A DNA stretch of 64,000 bases, from the NCBI GenBank assembly GCA_963785235.1, contig CAWAUM010000012.1, forward strand, positions 128,001 through 192,000. Direction: 5' to 3'. Every line of letters begins with the position of its first letter. The stretch's first letter is position 1. The DNA is from an uncultured delta proteobacterium (lineage in GTDB: Bacteria > Desulfobacterota > Desulfomonilia > UBA1062). Of this stretch, positions 38,508 through 49,020 are shown in pieces. A program made the translations under genes and the position numbers. Below the pieces are notes generated by a model, which was not told where the DNA came from, ran no database searches, and was given only the letters and a program-made list of their open reading frames with translations.

Positions 38508-41500
38508 TCACTTCTTTGAAATCTGGCCGGATGCATGGTAAATCTCCTTTGCCTTGGGGTGAATGGGGCCATCTGCCTTTTCCGCATCAATTGGTGAGGG
38601 AATCCCTTCATAGAGCTGCATTGCCTGCTCAACATGACCATAATAGTTAAAAAGTGCTGCAAGATTGACCTTGGCGCTGATACTGCCCGAATCGAGAGAA
38701 ACAGCCTTTTTGAAGGCATCCTTGGCAAGGTCGTCTTCATTGAGGTAAAGCCGCGATACCCCAAGGCAGGTATTGAACCTGGCCATGAGCGAGTGAATTT
38801 TCATCCTTCTTCTCATCAAGGGCCTTCTGGGCAATGAATGACGCATGCCAATAATCGCCCCTTTTCATGTAAGCCTCACAGAGCGTCAGGAGCGCTGGGA
38901 TATCTTTTTTGGTTTTGAGCAGCTGCTCATGGAGCCCTTTCAATTCCTGATCCATGAGGCACCCATCAGAGATCTCGGAAGCGGGGGCCTTTTCTGAGAA
39001 AGGCGCAAATCCCTTAAAGGAGCCTCCCGGATCTGAAGGGGGATTAAAATATCCCGCAAGGGCCGGGTCGCAGATCTCCCATTTGCGGCCCTGCTGAACG
39101 CACGTCTGGAGATATTGATCCGCCTTGTCTTTGTAGGTATTGGCCTTCTGGCTGATGAGCTGGGTATACTGCTCCTTCTGTTCAGGGGTGAAGTCGGCCG
39201 GGACAGGTGCTTCTGTGAGGAATCGTGCAAATTCACTGTTTATCACATATGACTGGTAGCAGGCCTTTAATGCCCACTGGGATGATTTGTAGAGAATTAC
39301 CGTCTGATACGACTTCTCCAGCTTTTCAAGAAGCTTGGACTTGTCTGTAACGATCTTGTTGTCCAGTGCACCTTTCAGCTGCAGGCCCATGTACCCTTTC
39401 TGCTCAAGCACTGTTGACTCATAGACTGCCCCTGCCATGTCTTTTTGCACCTGCTGATCCGCTTGATATGACTTTGGCTGATATGCCTTTTCCGCCCTTT
39501 TCAGGTATTTCTGTGCTGTGCTCATATCCCCGGCTTCAAGATACAGGCTTGCAATCCTGGCATCAGCGCGGATCTTTCCGGCATCACTAAGCCTGTCACG
39601 GTTGTCCAAGAGCACCTTCAGCGCGGTTTGGCTGTCACCTGAGCTGAAGGGCATTATCCGCAACCTCAAAGACCATATCCGTAAGGGATGATGCATCTTT
39701 GGCCTTTGTATCAATGAGTCTCTTATAGTCTTTGACCGACAGGCTGTACTGGCCAAGCCCTTCCCTGATCTGACCTGCCTGCTGGAGAAAATCGCGAGCA
39801 TTTTTATGCCCGGGAAGCCTTAAGGCGAATGACTCAAGATAGTCTGCAACGAGCCTGAACTGGGCCATGCGCACAGAGCTGTCGATCATCATATTCAGCG
39901 TGCCTTCCACCTTGCTTGATGTGGGGTACTCCCGGATAAGGTCGGCGCCCGCAGTAAGGAGCGTCTTTACATCTCCCTTTTCCTTGCTGGAAATGATCAC
40001 GGCATTCAGGGCTTCCTCTCCCATGCCTGTGGTCTTACTGTGGGCGGCAAAGGCCAAGAGGTCGGACTTACCTTTATCCCAGTCGCCCAAAGCGGCAACG
40101 GTAAGCGACGAAATCACCTTTGATTCTGAAGACTGGACAATGCCTGAAACCTCGTTTTTTAATTGCTGATCCGCAATGGCGGGGCTTTGTATGATCCCTT
40201 TTCCATAGGCAATGAGTCCTGCATAGTCTTCCTTGAGATTATATGAATCAAGGACCAGGTGTACCGAGGCCTTTGTGGCCTTGCTATTGGGATAGGCTGT
40301 GGGCATATTTGGTAAACTCATTGATGGCAGTATCGTAATCTCCGGCATCGTACGCAATCCAGGCGACGTTAAACAGAACATCCGGTACGCGCGCAGACTG
40401 GGGGTAATCGGATGCATAGAGCCTTCCTGTGGATCTGAGCCCATCCCTGGCAAAGGCGGTCTCGTAGTAGTTGAGTTTCTGCTTATCCTTGATGGCATTG
40501 TAATAGGATATGACTGCGCTATAGAGCTTGTCTTCCCGCTCGGCATTGCCGGCCGCCATGCGAAGCGCCGATGCCTCGTACTGCTTGCCCGCCTTGAGGT
40601 ACTGCTGCGAAGAGAAAAGGGCCTCTGCATAATTCTCGCCCATCTCGGAGTACACAGGGCTGGCATTAAAAAACTCCAGATAGATCTTGTATGCCTCTGC
40701 AGATGCGCTTGAAGTCATCGATTGATTCCTTCTTGCGGGCCTCGTCGTGCAGGTAGGTGACGATGTTCCTGGCATAGAGCTCGAAATCCGTCTGATCCTT
40801 GTCCTTCTGCTCGTCAGGGACATGGATGGAGTATTTCTCTTTCTTCAGTGCCTTGATGATGAGGGCCACATCCTTGTCGGCATGCTCGAAGGTGCCGATC
40901 GCCTGCACGCATTCAAAGGTATTCCGGGCATACTCCAGCAGCTTTGTGGGCTCCTGTTCGAGCGTGGACAGCTGCCGGTACACTACTGCTGCAGACGACC
41001 ATTTCTTTTTTATGTAATACCGGTTTGCCAGCTTTTCCAGCACAGCAGTGTAGACCTGGCGCGACCAGGAATATTTCTGGAAATAGGTAAGGGCTTCCTC
41101 TGGCGGGGCGTCCTTGTAGCACTCGGTATAGCAGTAGGCCATATCCATGAGGGCTTCCTGCTTGATGTCCACACGCTTGTAGGTGTCGATCTCGAGCTCT
41201 TTGCCCTTCTCGGCACCCAGCACCACCTCTTCAAAGAGCTTTAAGGCCTCTTGAAACTTAAGCTGGTTGATGTAGCACCATCCGAGCTTGTAGCGCGCAA
41301 TGGATATGGCGGTGCAGCCGGGATACTTTAAGATGGCCTCATAGTGCTTCTTGGCCGTTTCCAGGTCCTGCTTGCTGATGAAATAATCGCCCAGCAGCAG
41401 ATACGACTCCGACACATAGGGGCTGTCCGGATAATCTTTTATGATGGTGCGGTACTGTACGACCATATCATCGATCTGGTTCAGCTCCCTGTACTCATGG

Positions 41501-41945
41501 GCCATGAAAAAGTGGACCTTGTCCTTTGACTTGAATTCGGGGAAGTCATTCAGAATACGCTGATAGATTTCCAGTGCCTGGTTCTTGAAGGCATTTGATT
41601 CCACCTGATCGAAGGCGGATGCCGCTTCTCCCTTTTCCGTCCTGCGCACATAGTAGACAATCCTTGACTGTTCTATGTAGAGCTCGGCCAGCCTCAGATA
41701 AAGTTCGGGGAGATACGGCTTGTTCCTTGCCTTGTGAATCAGTGCCTTGGTATTGAGGATTGCAAGATCGACCTTTTTCTTGTCCTCGGTGAGCTTTGAG
41801 ATATACCTGGCCTGCTCTGTGCCATTATCCTTCTTCTCATATCCGATATTCGTCGGCATGGACACTGGCCGGTACGACAATGACAAGGGACAAGGCCCCT
41901 ATGATCAGGACACCTGATAATGCGTTGTATGCTCTGTAATTTCAT
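38508..41945 (-). CDS. Large exported TPR protein, GltD(AgmU)-like with GltE-like C-terminal TPRs; about six frameshifts
   Basis: Corrected signal peptide ..ALSLVIVVPASVHA; successive TPR ORFs 40666-41886, 40284-40823, 39635-40666, 38737-39801, 38508-38846; motif 'Y..V..Y...WA..A...FA..L..APVP...EQK..Y...I...A'. Confidence 0.75.
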
Positions 41946-43485
41946 TCATTTGAAAAAGATATCCCACTCTTCAAGATTTTTGCATTTGTTGGGCAGAACC
42001 ACCTTGAGCTCGGCCAGCTCATCGTTCCAGAATTCTCCCTGGAACGGGATAGACTACAATGCCCTGCAATGAACCTTTGCCTGGCTTCTGTTCATCAGTA
42101 TAATGGTATTGATTGACCCGCTGGTACATATCGAGACCTATCTCATAGGCCATCATATGTGCCTCCTCTTCGTACTGCAAAAGGGCATCGGCATACTTCT
42201 CATACTCCGATTCCATTAGGATCTTCAGGTTCGAGGTGCTTTCCTCTATCTGGTATGCATAGATCTTATCAAGATACCCATAGAACGCATCGCTGCCTTC
42301 CTTCCTGAACCCAGCGCACAGGGCACTCTCCTTTTCCAGGAGCTGGAGAAAAGCCCAGGTCTGCTTGATGTTCCTCTTGTTCAGGACCAGAAGCAGCAGC
42401 TCGTTGTTCTCGCTTATCTTGCCGCGCTGATAGATGCCGCTTAAGGCCTTGCCGTAATGCCCCTTGAACTCATCCACCACGCCCATGGCACTCTGGTAAT
42501 GGCATACATCCTTATAGATGAATGACTTCAGCATGTAGTATTCCGGCGTCAGATAGTTTCTGTAACTCGGGGCCTCAAAGGCATACAGCAGGCCCATGGC
42601 CTTTTCCGGATTTCCCATCCGGTACTGGGCCCATGCCCTTTCCAGGAGATTCTGGGACTGGGAAAGGATATTCTGCTCGATAGTCTCATAGAGCAGGTCG
42701 GATTCCTTGAATTTACCCTGCTCATAGAGCAGCCGTGCCAGGGTCTTGCGAACATCGTCCTTGAGGGACTCATCCGTGCAAGAGCCGGAAAGGATCTGGT
42801 TCAAAAGGGGCACCGCCTCATCGATCCGGTTATTGTAGATCTTCAGCAAGGCTTTCTGGTTCAAAAATTTGTAGTAATAATAGGTGCCTGGTTTGATCTT
42901 GGCGAAATGTTCATCCCCCCAGGTAATAAAACCATGTTCCCAGTCATAGACGCCCTGGTGATAATTGATGAAGGCCGAGAGGTTCCCGTCCGCATATCCG
43001 AATTCCTGGTCGCATACGGTCTGGGTGATGATCAGATCGTTGTCAAATGCCTGGGAACGGGACATGGTCTCGAATATCTCCATGCTGTACTCGACTATCT
43101 TTGGGTTGGGTTTCCTGGAGACAAGCCGGGCCAGGATGTCGGCTGCTGCATGGGAATAACCCAGCTTCTTCAGTGAGACGCCTAAAAAAAACTCGGCCCA
43201 CTCGTAATCGGCCGCATCCGGTGAATAGGCGCTGATATACTCATAGAAATAGGGGCAGGCCATCTCATAGTTTTGGTCTTTGAACAGCTCATATCCCGTC
43301 AGGAAATTCGTCTGATCAAGTTGGACCTGGGCCTTAGGTTCTTTCGCGTCGGGTGTAACAGGTTCTGGTGTTACAGCTTCGGGTGTTACAGGCTCCATTG
43401 TAACAGCGTCGGGCAATGCTGCATATCCGGAACTGAAAAGCCCCAAGCAGAAAGCTATGATGAGAATGGGAAGTATTCTATTCAT
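41946..43485 (-). CDS. GltC-like exported TPR protein; +1 frameshift near 42046
   Basis: Signal peptide, 'LLERAWAQY', 'PEYYMLKSFIYKDVCHY'; corrected C-terminus YPFQGEFWNDEL..C resembles the GltC-type PFxGExWxDEL tail. Confidence 0.8.
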
Positions 43486-44200
43486 TGTTGTCTTTCTTTT
43501 CAAGATATCCTTTGAGCTTCTCGACGGTTTCATCCTGCTCAGTCTTGTCGGGGAACAGATTGAACTGGAACGAAAGGCCGATACCGAAATACACGTTGTT
43601 CTCTGTCTTGTCCTTTTTCATGTTGATCAAGTCCCTGATCTCAAGGGTCATGCAGAGATTCTTGTTAAGAAAATAACGGGTGCCGGCGCCTACGCAGACG
43701 GAAGGGTCGCTCTCGGCATCCTTTTCGCCGTTGCTGTACTTCTTTTCATAATTGATGATGCCGCCGCCTAAGATAAGGTAACTTTCATGGTTTATGATGC
43801 CTTTGTTCCAAAGGGCTTCCTTTCCATACAGCGGTTTGATGATGAGGTTTGAGTGGACCATGTATTTGGGCTCCAGGAACACCTCGGGCGTGACACCAAA
43901 TTCCTTTTCGAGCTTGCCCTTGATGTCCTTCTCCCGGGTGAACATGAACTGGCCTCTCGCAACCTCCCAGGCCAGGTAGCCGTTGAAGTGATAGGTGTAG
44001 CCTATCCCTACGGGATATACGTTGAAAAAATCATCATCGGGAATGTAGCCGAAGTTCAGGCCTATTTCATGATAGCGGTGAAACACCCTCTCCTGGATGG
44101 CAAATACCTTCTCATCATCTTTGGTATCCTGGCACAGACCAGGGCTCGAGATCAGGATCGCGAACAGAATCAGGATGCCTAGCACAGATCTTTTATTCAT
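43478..44200 (-). CDS. Outer-membrane beta-barrel protein, GltA/GltB/GltH-like
   Basis: Signal peptide, 'AIQERVF..HE', 'D.F', 'YHF..YLAWEV', 'PLYGK', 'GAGTRYFL..LEIRD', terminal beta strand GIGLSF. Confidence 0.8.
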   Translation of the reverse strand: MNKRSVLGILILFAILISSPGLCQDTKDDEKVFAIQERVFHRYHEIGLNFGYIPDDDFFNVYPVGIGYTYHFNGYLAWEVARGQFMFTREKDIKGKLEKEFGVTPEVFLEPKYMVHSNLIIKPLYGKEALWNKGIINHESYLILGGGIINYEKKYSNGEKDAESDPSVCVGAGTRYFLNKNLCMTLEIRDLINMKKDKTENNVYFGIGLSFQFNLFPDKTEQDETVEKLKGYLEKKDNNE

Positions 44201-44213
44201 TGCTCTTAACTCC

Positions 44214-46754
44214 TTAGAACCCTACGATATCGAAAATGAACGGATAGGATACGATCACTTCACTCCCCTCGGGCTGAGGGAATTCCCATGATTTTATTGC
44301 ATACTGTATGCAGGAATGGATATCAGTTGAATTGAGCGTGGATGACTTGATCTTTACCTCTCCGACCTTGCCCGACATCAGGATCTTCCATTCGAACACG
44401 ACCCTTCCCATGAGCGACGGGCTTGCCACCAGCGCCGTTTCATAACACCTGGTGATCTCATCAAGGTGCTGGTCAATGATCTTCTTGACCTCTTCCCTGC
44501 TCATGCCTCCGCCCTGAACCTTAACGGTCTTGTTCAGCTGGGCGCTCACCTTTGCCTTGACCTGCTGCGTGCCTGTACTGCCCTTTTCCAGTGCGGCAAC
44601 CCTTACTTCTCCGCCAGGACCACCTGATCCACCGGTTCCGGTACCGTCACCTGTCCCTGAACCACCTGTCCCTCCACTACTCCTTAAGACCTGTGAAGAT
44701 CCCTTGGTGCTCACGATGCCCGCCTTTGGTATCTCGATCCTTCCACCACCCAGTTTGCCTACGATGCCGCCGACCTTGAACTGGGCCTTGTTTTCAGCCG
44801 GACTGCTTACTGCATCCAGGTTTGTAACCGCTGCCATGGCTTCGGTGGGTTTTATGCCGATACTATCCCCGAGCATGCTGAGGAGCCCTGCCTGGTGAAT
44901 ATTCTTCGTTGAGACATTACCCTCCCCTGATCCGCCTCCGGACCCAGTACCAGATCCGGTACCATTGCCACCCGTCCCTGAACCGCCGCCGCCCGAGGTT
45001 GATGTACGCGAGGAGGCAGCCTTTGACGGTGCAGACTGGGCGGTAGCAAGGCGGTGATCATTTGATAGAGCTGTGATGTGCCTTTTCCCTATTTTCTGTG
45101 CAAACTGCTCTTCTTTCAGCTTGATGATCTCAGGCGGTTTCTTAGGGACCTCGGGTGCCTGAGCTATCTTCTTGATCTCGTTTAACTGCCTGGTATCCAC
45201 CTGAACAAATCGGCCTTTATCCTGGAGCTCCGGTTCGTATTTGTAGGTAGGCATCATCCCCAGGATCACCAAGATGATGACATGAACGATCACCGATCTT
45301 GTGAAGTGCCGCGCATACACCTTGTCATTATTCAGGGTTCCCTTTACCGGCGGGCTGACACAAGGGCTTGTCTGCCTGAGGAGATATTCGTATGGACCCA
45401 GGTGTATGACTACCTCTTCATGGCGGCCAATGGGTCTTGACTGTGCCCCTGGAACACTTCTCTTGAAGGATTCCAGGTCACTGGGAATTTCATGCCCCAT
45501 TCCCAGGGCATGGCCTGCCTCGATGCAACCATCCGCCTGATCATCCAGATAGAGAAACATCTCGCCCGCGCCCTTGTTCTCGGCAAGGCAAAACAGCCCC
45601 TTATCTTTCCGGATGAGGTATTTCTCCTGTGCGTGCAGAAACCTCACATCGATAATGTCATCATTCCTGCTCTGGACAATCTCCAGAAGGATCTCATTAT
45701 CGGTTATCCTGTTGCTGACTGATGCCGCCAAGGCAACGCCGTTCTTTATACTTTCTTTCAGAGAGAATGTTGCCCGGGCCTCTTCATCGTCATCTTCATC
45801 GTCATCTTCTATGACGGCTGCCTTTCTCATACCCTGCAGCTCTGTGGATACGACACCGGAGGTTTCATGGCTCTCCTGGCCGCCAAGGGCATGGATGGAT
45901 GAACCTGTTTGGGGCTCATTACATTGGCCCTCTGATGTGTCCAACTCTCGAGGATCAGGTTCGGCCTCCTTATGGACAGGTGAGCTTTGGTCAGTGCTGC
46001 GCTCAATGGAACACAAGGCGCCGGTGTCCTCGAACCTGGCCTGAAGCTCTACAACAGAGCGATAATCCGCATTCCTCTTGAGTATGGCCTTCCTGCCCGA
46101 AAACAGTCTCTCTATAGAGCTCTCATCTTTCTTGAACAAGCCCTTGAGGTTCTTCCTGACCTCATCAAGGGATGCACCCTCACGGATGCGGCCTTCAAAT
46201 ATCAGGTTGTATCGATCCGGACCGTCCGGCAGTTCATCCATGCCCGAACCGGTTTTGGACTGGTCGGTATCAGCGTTATCCCGGGTCTCATGCATTATGG
46301 CATTTTCTTGCAGACGTTCAACATCCGGAGCTTTCTTATCCGGCCCCGCAGCCGCCTTTTCATGTCGCTGAGAAGTTCCCTTCAGGGATGCACCCGGAGC
46401 ACCCTGCCCCTTGCCATTCCTGTTCATTTTAGCCTTGATGGTATAGGGCCCGATCAACAGGGAATCCAGGGGGTTGACTGCCATGGACTCGCAGATACCG
46501 TCATTACCGGATCCCGGATAGGAAACCATGAGACGTCCATCCATGACGCAGAGCACTGCATGGATATTCGATACACCCTGATCGCTGAGCTGAAGATCAG
46601 TATCATTGCCACTGCCTATGGTGATCTCTTTCTTACAGAAGCAATCCCATCCCAGGCACTCTTCTCCCCTAAAGACAAATAACTGGATCATGGGGAGGTC
46701 ATCTGCAGCCCTCAGATTCAATGTCTGTTTCTCCATAATTTGCTCATTATCCAT
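44214..46754 (-). CDS. FHA-domain, TonB-like energy transducer with AgmX/PglI C-terminal domain (GltG/GltJ-like)
   Basis: N-terminal FHA-like (ITIGS..D..L..VS..HA), TM helix with SVIVH, Gly-rich linker, C-terminal 'I.RCYE.AL...P.L.GRV..W.I...G.V..SCI...I..W.FP.P..V.VSYPF'. Confidence 0.85.
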   Translation of the reverse strand: MDNEQIMEKQTLNLRAADDLPMIQLFVFRGEECLGWDCFCKKEITIGSGNDTDLQLSDQGVSNIHAVLCVMDGRLMVSYPGSGNDGICESMAVNPLDSLLIGPYTIKAKMNRNGKGQGAPGASLKGTSQRHEKAAAGPDKKAPDVERLQENAIMHETRDNADTDQSKTGSGMDELPDGPDRYNLIFEGRIREGASLDEVRKNLKGLFKKDESSIERLFSGRKAILKRNADYRSVVELQARFEDTGALCSIERSTDQSSPVHKEAEPDPRELDTSEGQCNEPQTGSSIHALGGQESHETSGVVSTELQGMRKAAVIEDDDEDDDEEARATFSLKESIKNGVALAASVSNRITDNEILLEIVQSRNDDIIDVRFLHAQEKYLIRKDKGLFCLAENKGAGEMFLYLDDQADGCIEAGHALGMGHEIPSDLESFKRSVPGAQSRPIGRHEEVVIHLGPYEYLLRQTSPCVSPPVKGTLNNDKVYARHFTRSVIVHVIILVILGMMPTYKYEPELQDKGRFVQVDTRQLNEIKKIAQAPEVPKKPPEIIKLKEEQFAQKIGKRHITALSNDHRLATAQSAPSKAASSRTSTSGGGGSGTGGNGTGSGTGSGGGSGEGNVSTKNIHQAGLLSMLGDSIGIKPTEAMAAVTNLDAVSSPAENKAQFKVGGIVGKLGGGRIEIPKAGIVSTKGSSQVLRSSGGTGGSGTGDGTGTGGSGGPGGEVRVAALEKGSTGTQQVKAKVSAQLNKTVKVQGGGMSREEVKKIIDQHLDEITRCYETALVASPSLMGRVVFEWKILMSGKVGEVKIKSSTLNSTDIHSCIQYAIKSWEFPQPEGSEVIVSYPFIFDIVGF

Positions 46755-46804
46755 TATAGTTTTCCAAGCTGAAGCCTTATGGCTTCAAGCCATCAGGGTC
46801 TCGA

Positions 46805-47218
46805 TCAATATCCATCCTGGGAGACCAGATGATCCTTGCCTTGACGTTCGCTGGTATTTGACTGATTCTCTTTTTGATCCTTGATTTTTACCCTGGCGGC
46901 ATCAACCAAGAAGCCATCAAGGATCTCTTCACGATAATCCTGGCGATACTTGAGCATGCTCTTGATCTCGCTTTTTTTTCGCTGGAGGAGATAGACCGCC
47001 CCTGACTTGATTGTCTGTCCGATAATGTATGTATTGCCGAAATCGATTCTATTCGTACGTGACTCGAGTGTGTCTTTCGTTATTGCTGGTTCCTCTTTCT
47101 GAGTTATTCCCTGGTCCTTCTCTTGAGCGGATGCTGCCCACAGGGTTGTATATATTGCTGTGAGAATAAAAAAGATCGCTGCAATTATCAGCATTAGTTT
47201 TCTTAGTATATCTCTCAT
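46805..47218 (-). CDS. Small exported protein, GltF(CglF)-like
   Basis: Signal peptide; 'IDF...I.G...K....Y...RK......L..R.D..E.I' pattern. Confidence 0.65.
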   Translation of the reverse strand: MRDILRKLMLIIAAIFFILTAIYTTLWAASAQEKDQGITQKEEPAITKDTLESRTNRIDFGNTYIIGQTIKSGAVYLLQRKKSEIKSMLKYRQDYREEILDGFLVDAARVKIKDQKENQSNTSERQGKDHLVSQDGY

Positions 47219-47230
47219 GGAATCATCCCC

Positions 47231-47710
47231 TTACTGCTTCAGCACTCCAAACTGGAAATTGGGAAATCCGGCCATTCCGGCTGTCTTGATGATGCCGTTA
47301 ATGGTTTTGAACGAAAGGCGTTTATCACACAGGAACAGGACAAGGCTCTTGTCCTTGCCCTCGACATTTTCTTGAGCCGTCTTCTGGCGGCATTTTACAA
47401 GCTTCTGGTACAGCACCGAGCCTTGGAGATTATTGAGATCAAGACCCACGACAGCCCCATCCTTTATCTGTGCAATGGGCTCTTCTCCCAACCACATGGT
47501 GTTCTCTGAAACAGCAAGCCTGATGCTGTCCGTAAAATCTCCTTTGGCCGTTGATTTCGGCAGGCTGATGTTCCCATCAATGCTGAAACGGGCGACTTGA
47601 TCCGAAAATGATGCAAGCAGGAAGATGAGAAGAAAGGTGAAGATATCCACCATCGATGTCATTATTAATTTGGGGGGGGTAACCCTTCTTGAATGACTGC
47701 CCAATGCCAT
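47231..47710 (-). CDS. ExbD/TolR family protein (AglS/Q-like)
   Basis: TM 'MTSMVDIFTFLLIFLL', LPKS, C-terminal 'CDKRLSF..I..TAGMAGF'. Confidence 0.88.
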   Translation of the reverse strand: MALGSHSRRVTPPKLIMTSMVDIFTFLLIFLLASFSDQVARFSIDGNISLPKSTAKGDFTDSIRLAVSENTMWLGEEPIAQIKDGAVVGLDLNNLQGSVLYQKLVKCRQKTAQENVEGKDKSLVLFLCDKRLSFKTINGIIKTAGMAGFPNFQFGVLKQ

Positions 47711-47721
47711 AGCTGCTCTCC

Positions 47722-48231
47722 TTACCCGATCTTCCCTGATATCACTACATTGGGGAATAACTGGCCATCCTTTGAAAACCGGGCAACATCCATGGCCTGG
47801 ATGATGGTGTCGTAGATGATGCTATTATCCGGAATGATAATGACGGTATCGCTTTTGGGATATTGCGTTTTAATTGTTTGAAGGAATGAAGCGAGTTTGC
47901 CTAATGGGTATTGCGCCGTGTTCTCTTTTGGAAAAAAGGTTCCTAATCGATTCAGTGTCTCAGGATCAACCTCATCACACAGTGCTGATAAATTAATGCC
48001 CTTATTATCGAGTTCCACAACTACCGTGACCTTGATGTTACTTTCCTGGACCTTCTCACCTTCAGAATTCCCCAGAACCGGGACGGAAGTGTTGATGGCC
48101 CTGAGATTAAAGAAGCTGAAGGATATGAGTAGAAGAAGAACTATCACCAGGAACACATTCATGACCGGGGTAACATCTATATCAGCCTCTTCTTCATCTG
48201 GCCTTTTTCGGTTGTGCCTGGAACCTAGCAT
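47722..48231 (-). CDS. ExbD/TolR family protein (AglQ/S-like)
   Basis: TM 'DVTPVMNVFLVIVLLLL', C-terminal 'IIPD..I.YD.II.AMD.AR..LFPNV'. Confidence 0.88.
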   Translation of the reverse strand: MLGSRHNRKRPDEEEADIDVTPVMNVFLVIVLLLLISFSFFNLRAINTSVPVLGNSEGEKVQESNIKVTVVVELDNKGINLSALCDEVDPETLNRLGTFFPKENTAQYPLGKLASFLQTIKTQYPKSDTVIIIPDNSIIYDTIIQAMDVARFSKDGQLFPNVVISGKIG

Positions 48232-48860
48232 TGCGATTCCTTTTCATGCTTCAGAGATGAAAGAATATTGAAAAGCCTCAATGCCTTGTGCTCCAACTCA
48301 TCGATTACAGACTCACCCTTGTTGTTGATGATATAAAAACCAATCAGGCATGGTATGGCGATTAAAAGTCCGAAGGCCGTTGTCAGCATGGCAACTGAGA
48401 TACCGCTTGCAAGTATCTCCTGCTTCATGCTGTCACTCGCATGCGCTACACCTTCGAATGCGGTGATCAACCCATGAATTGCTCCAAGCAGGCCGATGAG
48501 CGTTGCGATATTTGCGAACATGGAGAACAGGTTTGTCTTGCTCTTGATCCTCGGGATCTCCCTGATTATCTCCTCTTCCATTGCCCGTTCGATTTCCTTG
48601 TCTCTCTTGTCTGACTTCATGAGACCGGCCTTTAAAATCCTGCCCAGAGGATGCTTTTCAATCCGGGTGCATTCCTCGATAGCAGCCCTGAAATTATATT
48701 TCTCCAAAGACAGCACAATCTTCTGAAATGCCTGATCCGTATCCAGCCTTAGGCGGAAAAATAAATAGCTTGCGCGTTCACAAAACAATGCGAAGGCAAT
48801 AATTGAAACAAACAAGATGGGGTGCATGAAAAAACCACCTTTTATATAGAGCGATAACAT
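48225..48860 (-). CDS. MotA/TolQ/ExbB proton-channel protein (AglR-like)
   Basis: GG.FM.PI, ER, ANIATLIGLLG, GISVAMLTTAFGLLIAIP. Confidence 0.92.
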   Translation of the reverse strand: MLSLYIKGGFFMHPILFVSIIAFALFCERASYLFFRLRLDTDQAFQKIVLSLEKYNFRAAIEECTRIEKHPLGRILKAGLMKSDKRDKEIERAMEEEIIREIPRIKSKTNLFSMFANIATLIGLLGAIHGLITAFEGVAHASDSMKQEILASGISVAMLTTAFGLLIAIPCLIGFYIINNKGESVIDELEHKALRLFNILSSLKHEKESQC

Positions 48861-49004
48861 AAAGTCTCCTTTCTCATTCTGTAATAACTCAGTAGGATGC
48901 CCAAACTAATTACATTTAATACTACTAAAGATGTTACTTATTACAGTTTCATTGCGCCAAATTATCAATTTAGTTATTAAATCTACCGCTTGGTGTTCCC
49001 CATG

Positions 49005-49020
49005 AGCAGTTTTTGTGCCA
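49005..49020 (-). promoter_or_regulatory. Sigma54 (-24/-12) promoter of the motor/Glt-like operon
   Basis: Minus strand TGGCAC-AAAAA-CTGCT with exact GG-N10-GC spacing, ~145 bp upstream of the first ATG in AT-rich DNA. Confidence 0.65.

Noticed and set aside
38426-42050. Treating the fragmented TPR ORFs as separate genes or as a decayed pseudogene cluster
   Set aside because: They join into continuous frames with single-base corrections and no internal stops; the same indel pattern affects housekeeping genes, pointing to sequencing error
43351-43410. 15-bp tandem repeats
   Set aside because: They encode a VTPE(P/A) linker in the GltC-like protein; coding low-complexity sequence, not CRISPR
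32492-48860. Claim that the organism glides like Myxococcus
   Set aside because: Only a core subset is visible (one barrel gene, no clear GltI/GltK); related systems have non-motility roles, so function cannot be read from sequence
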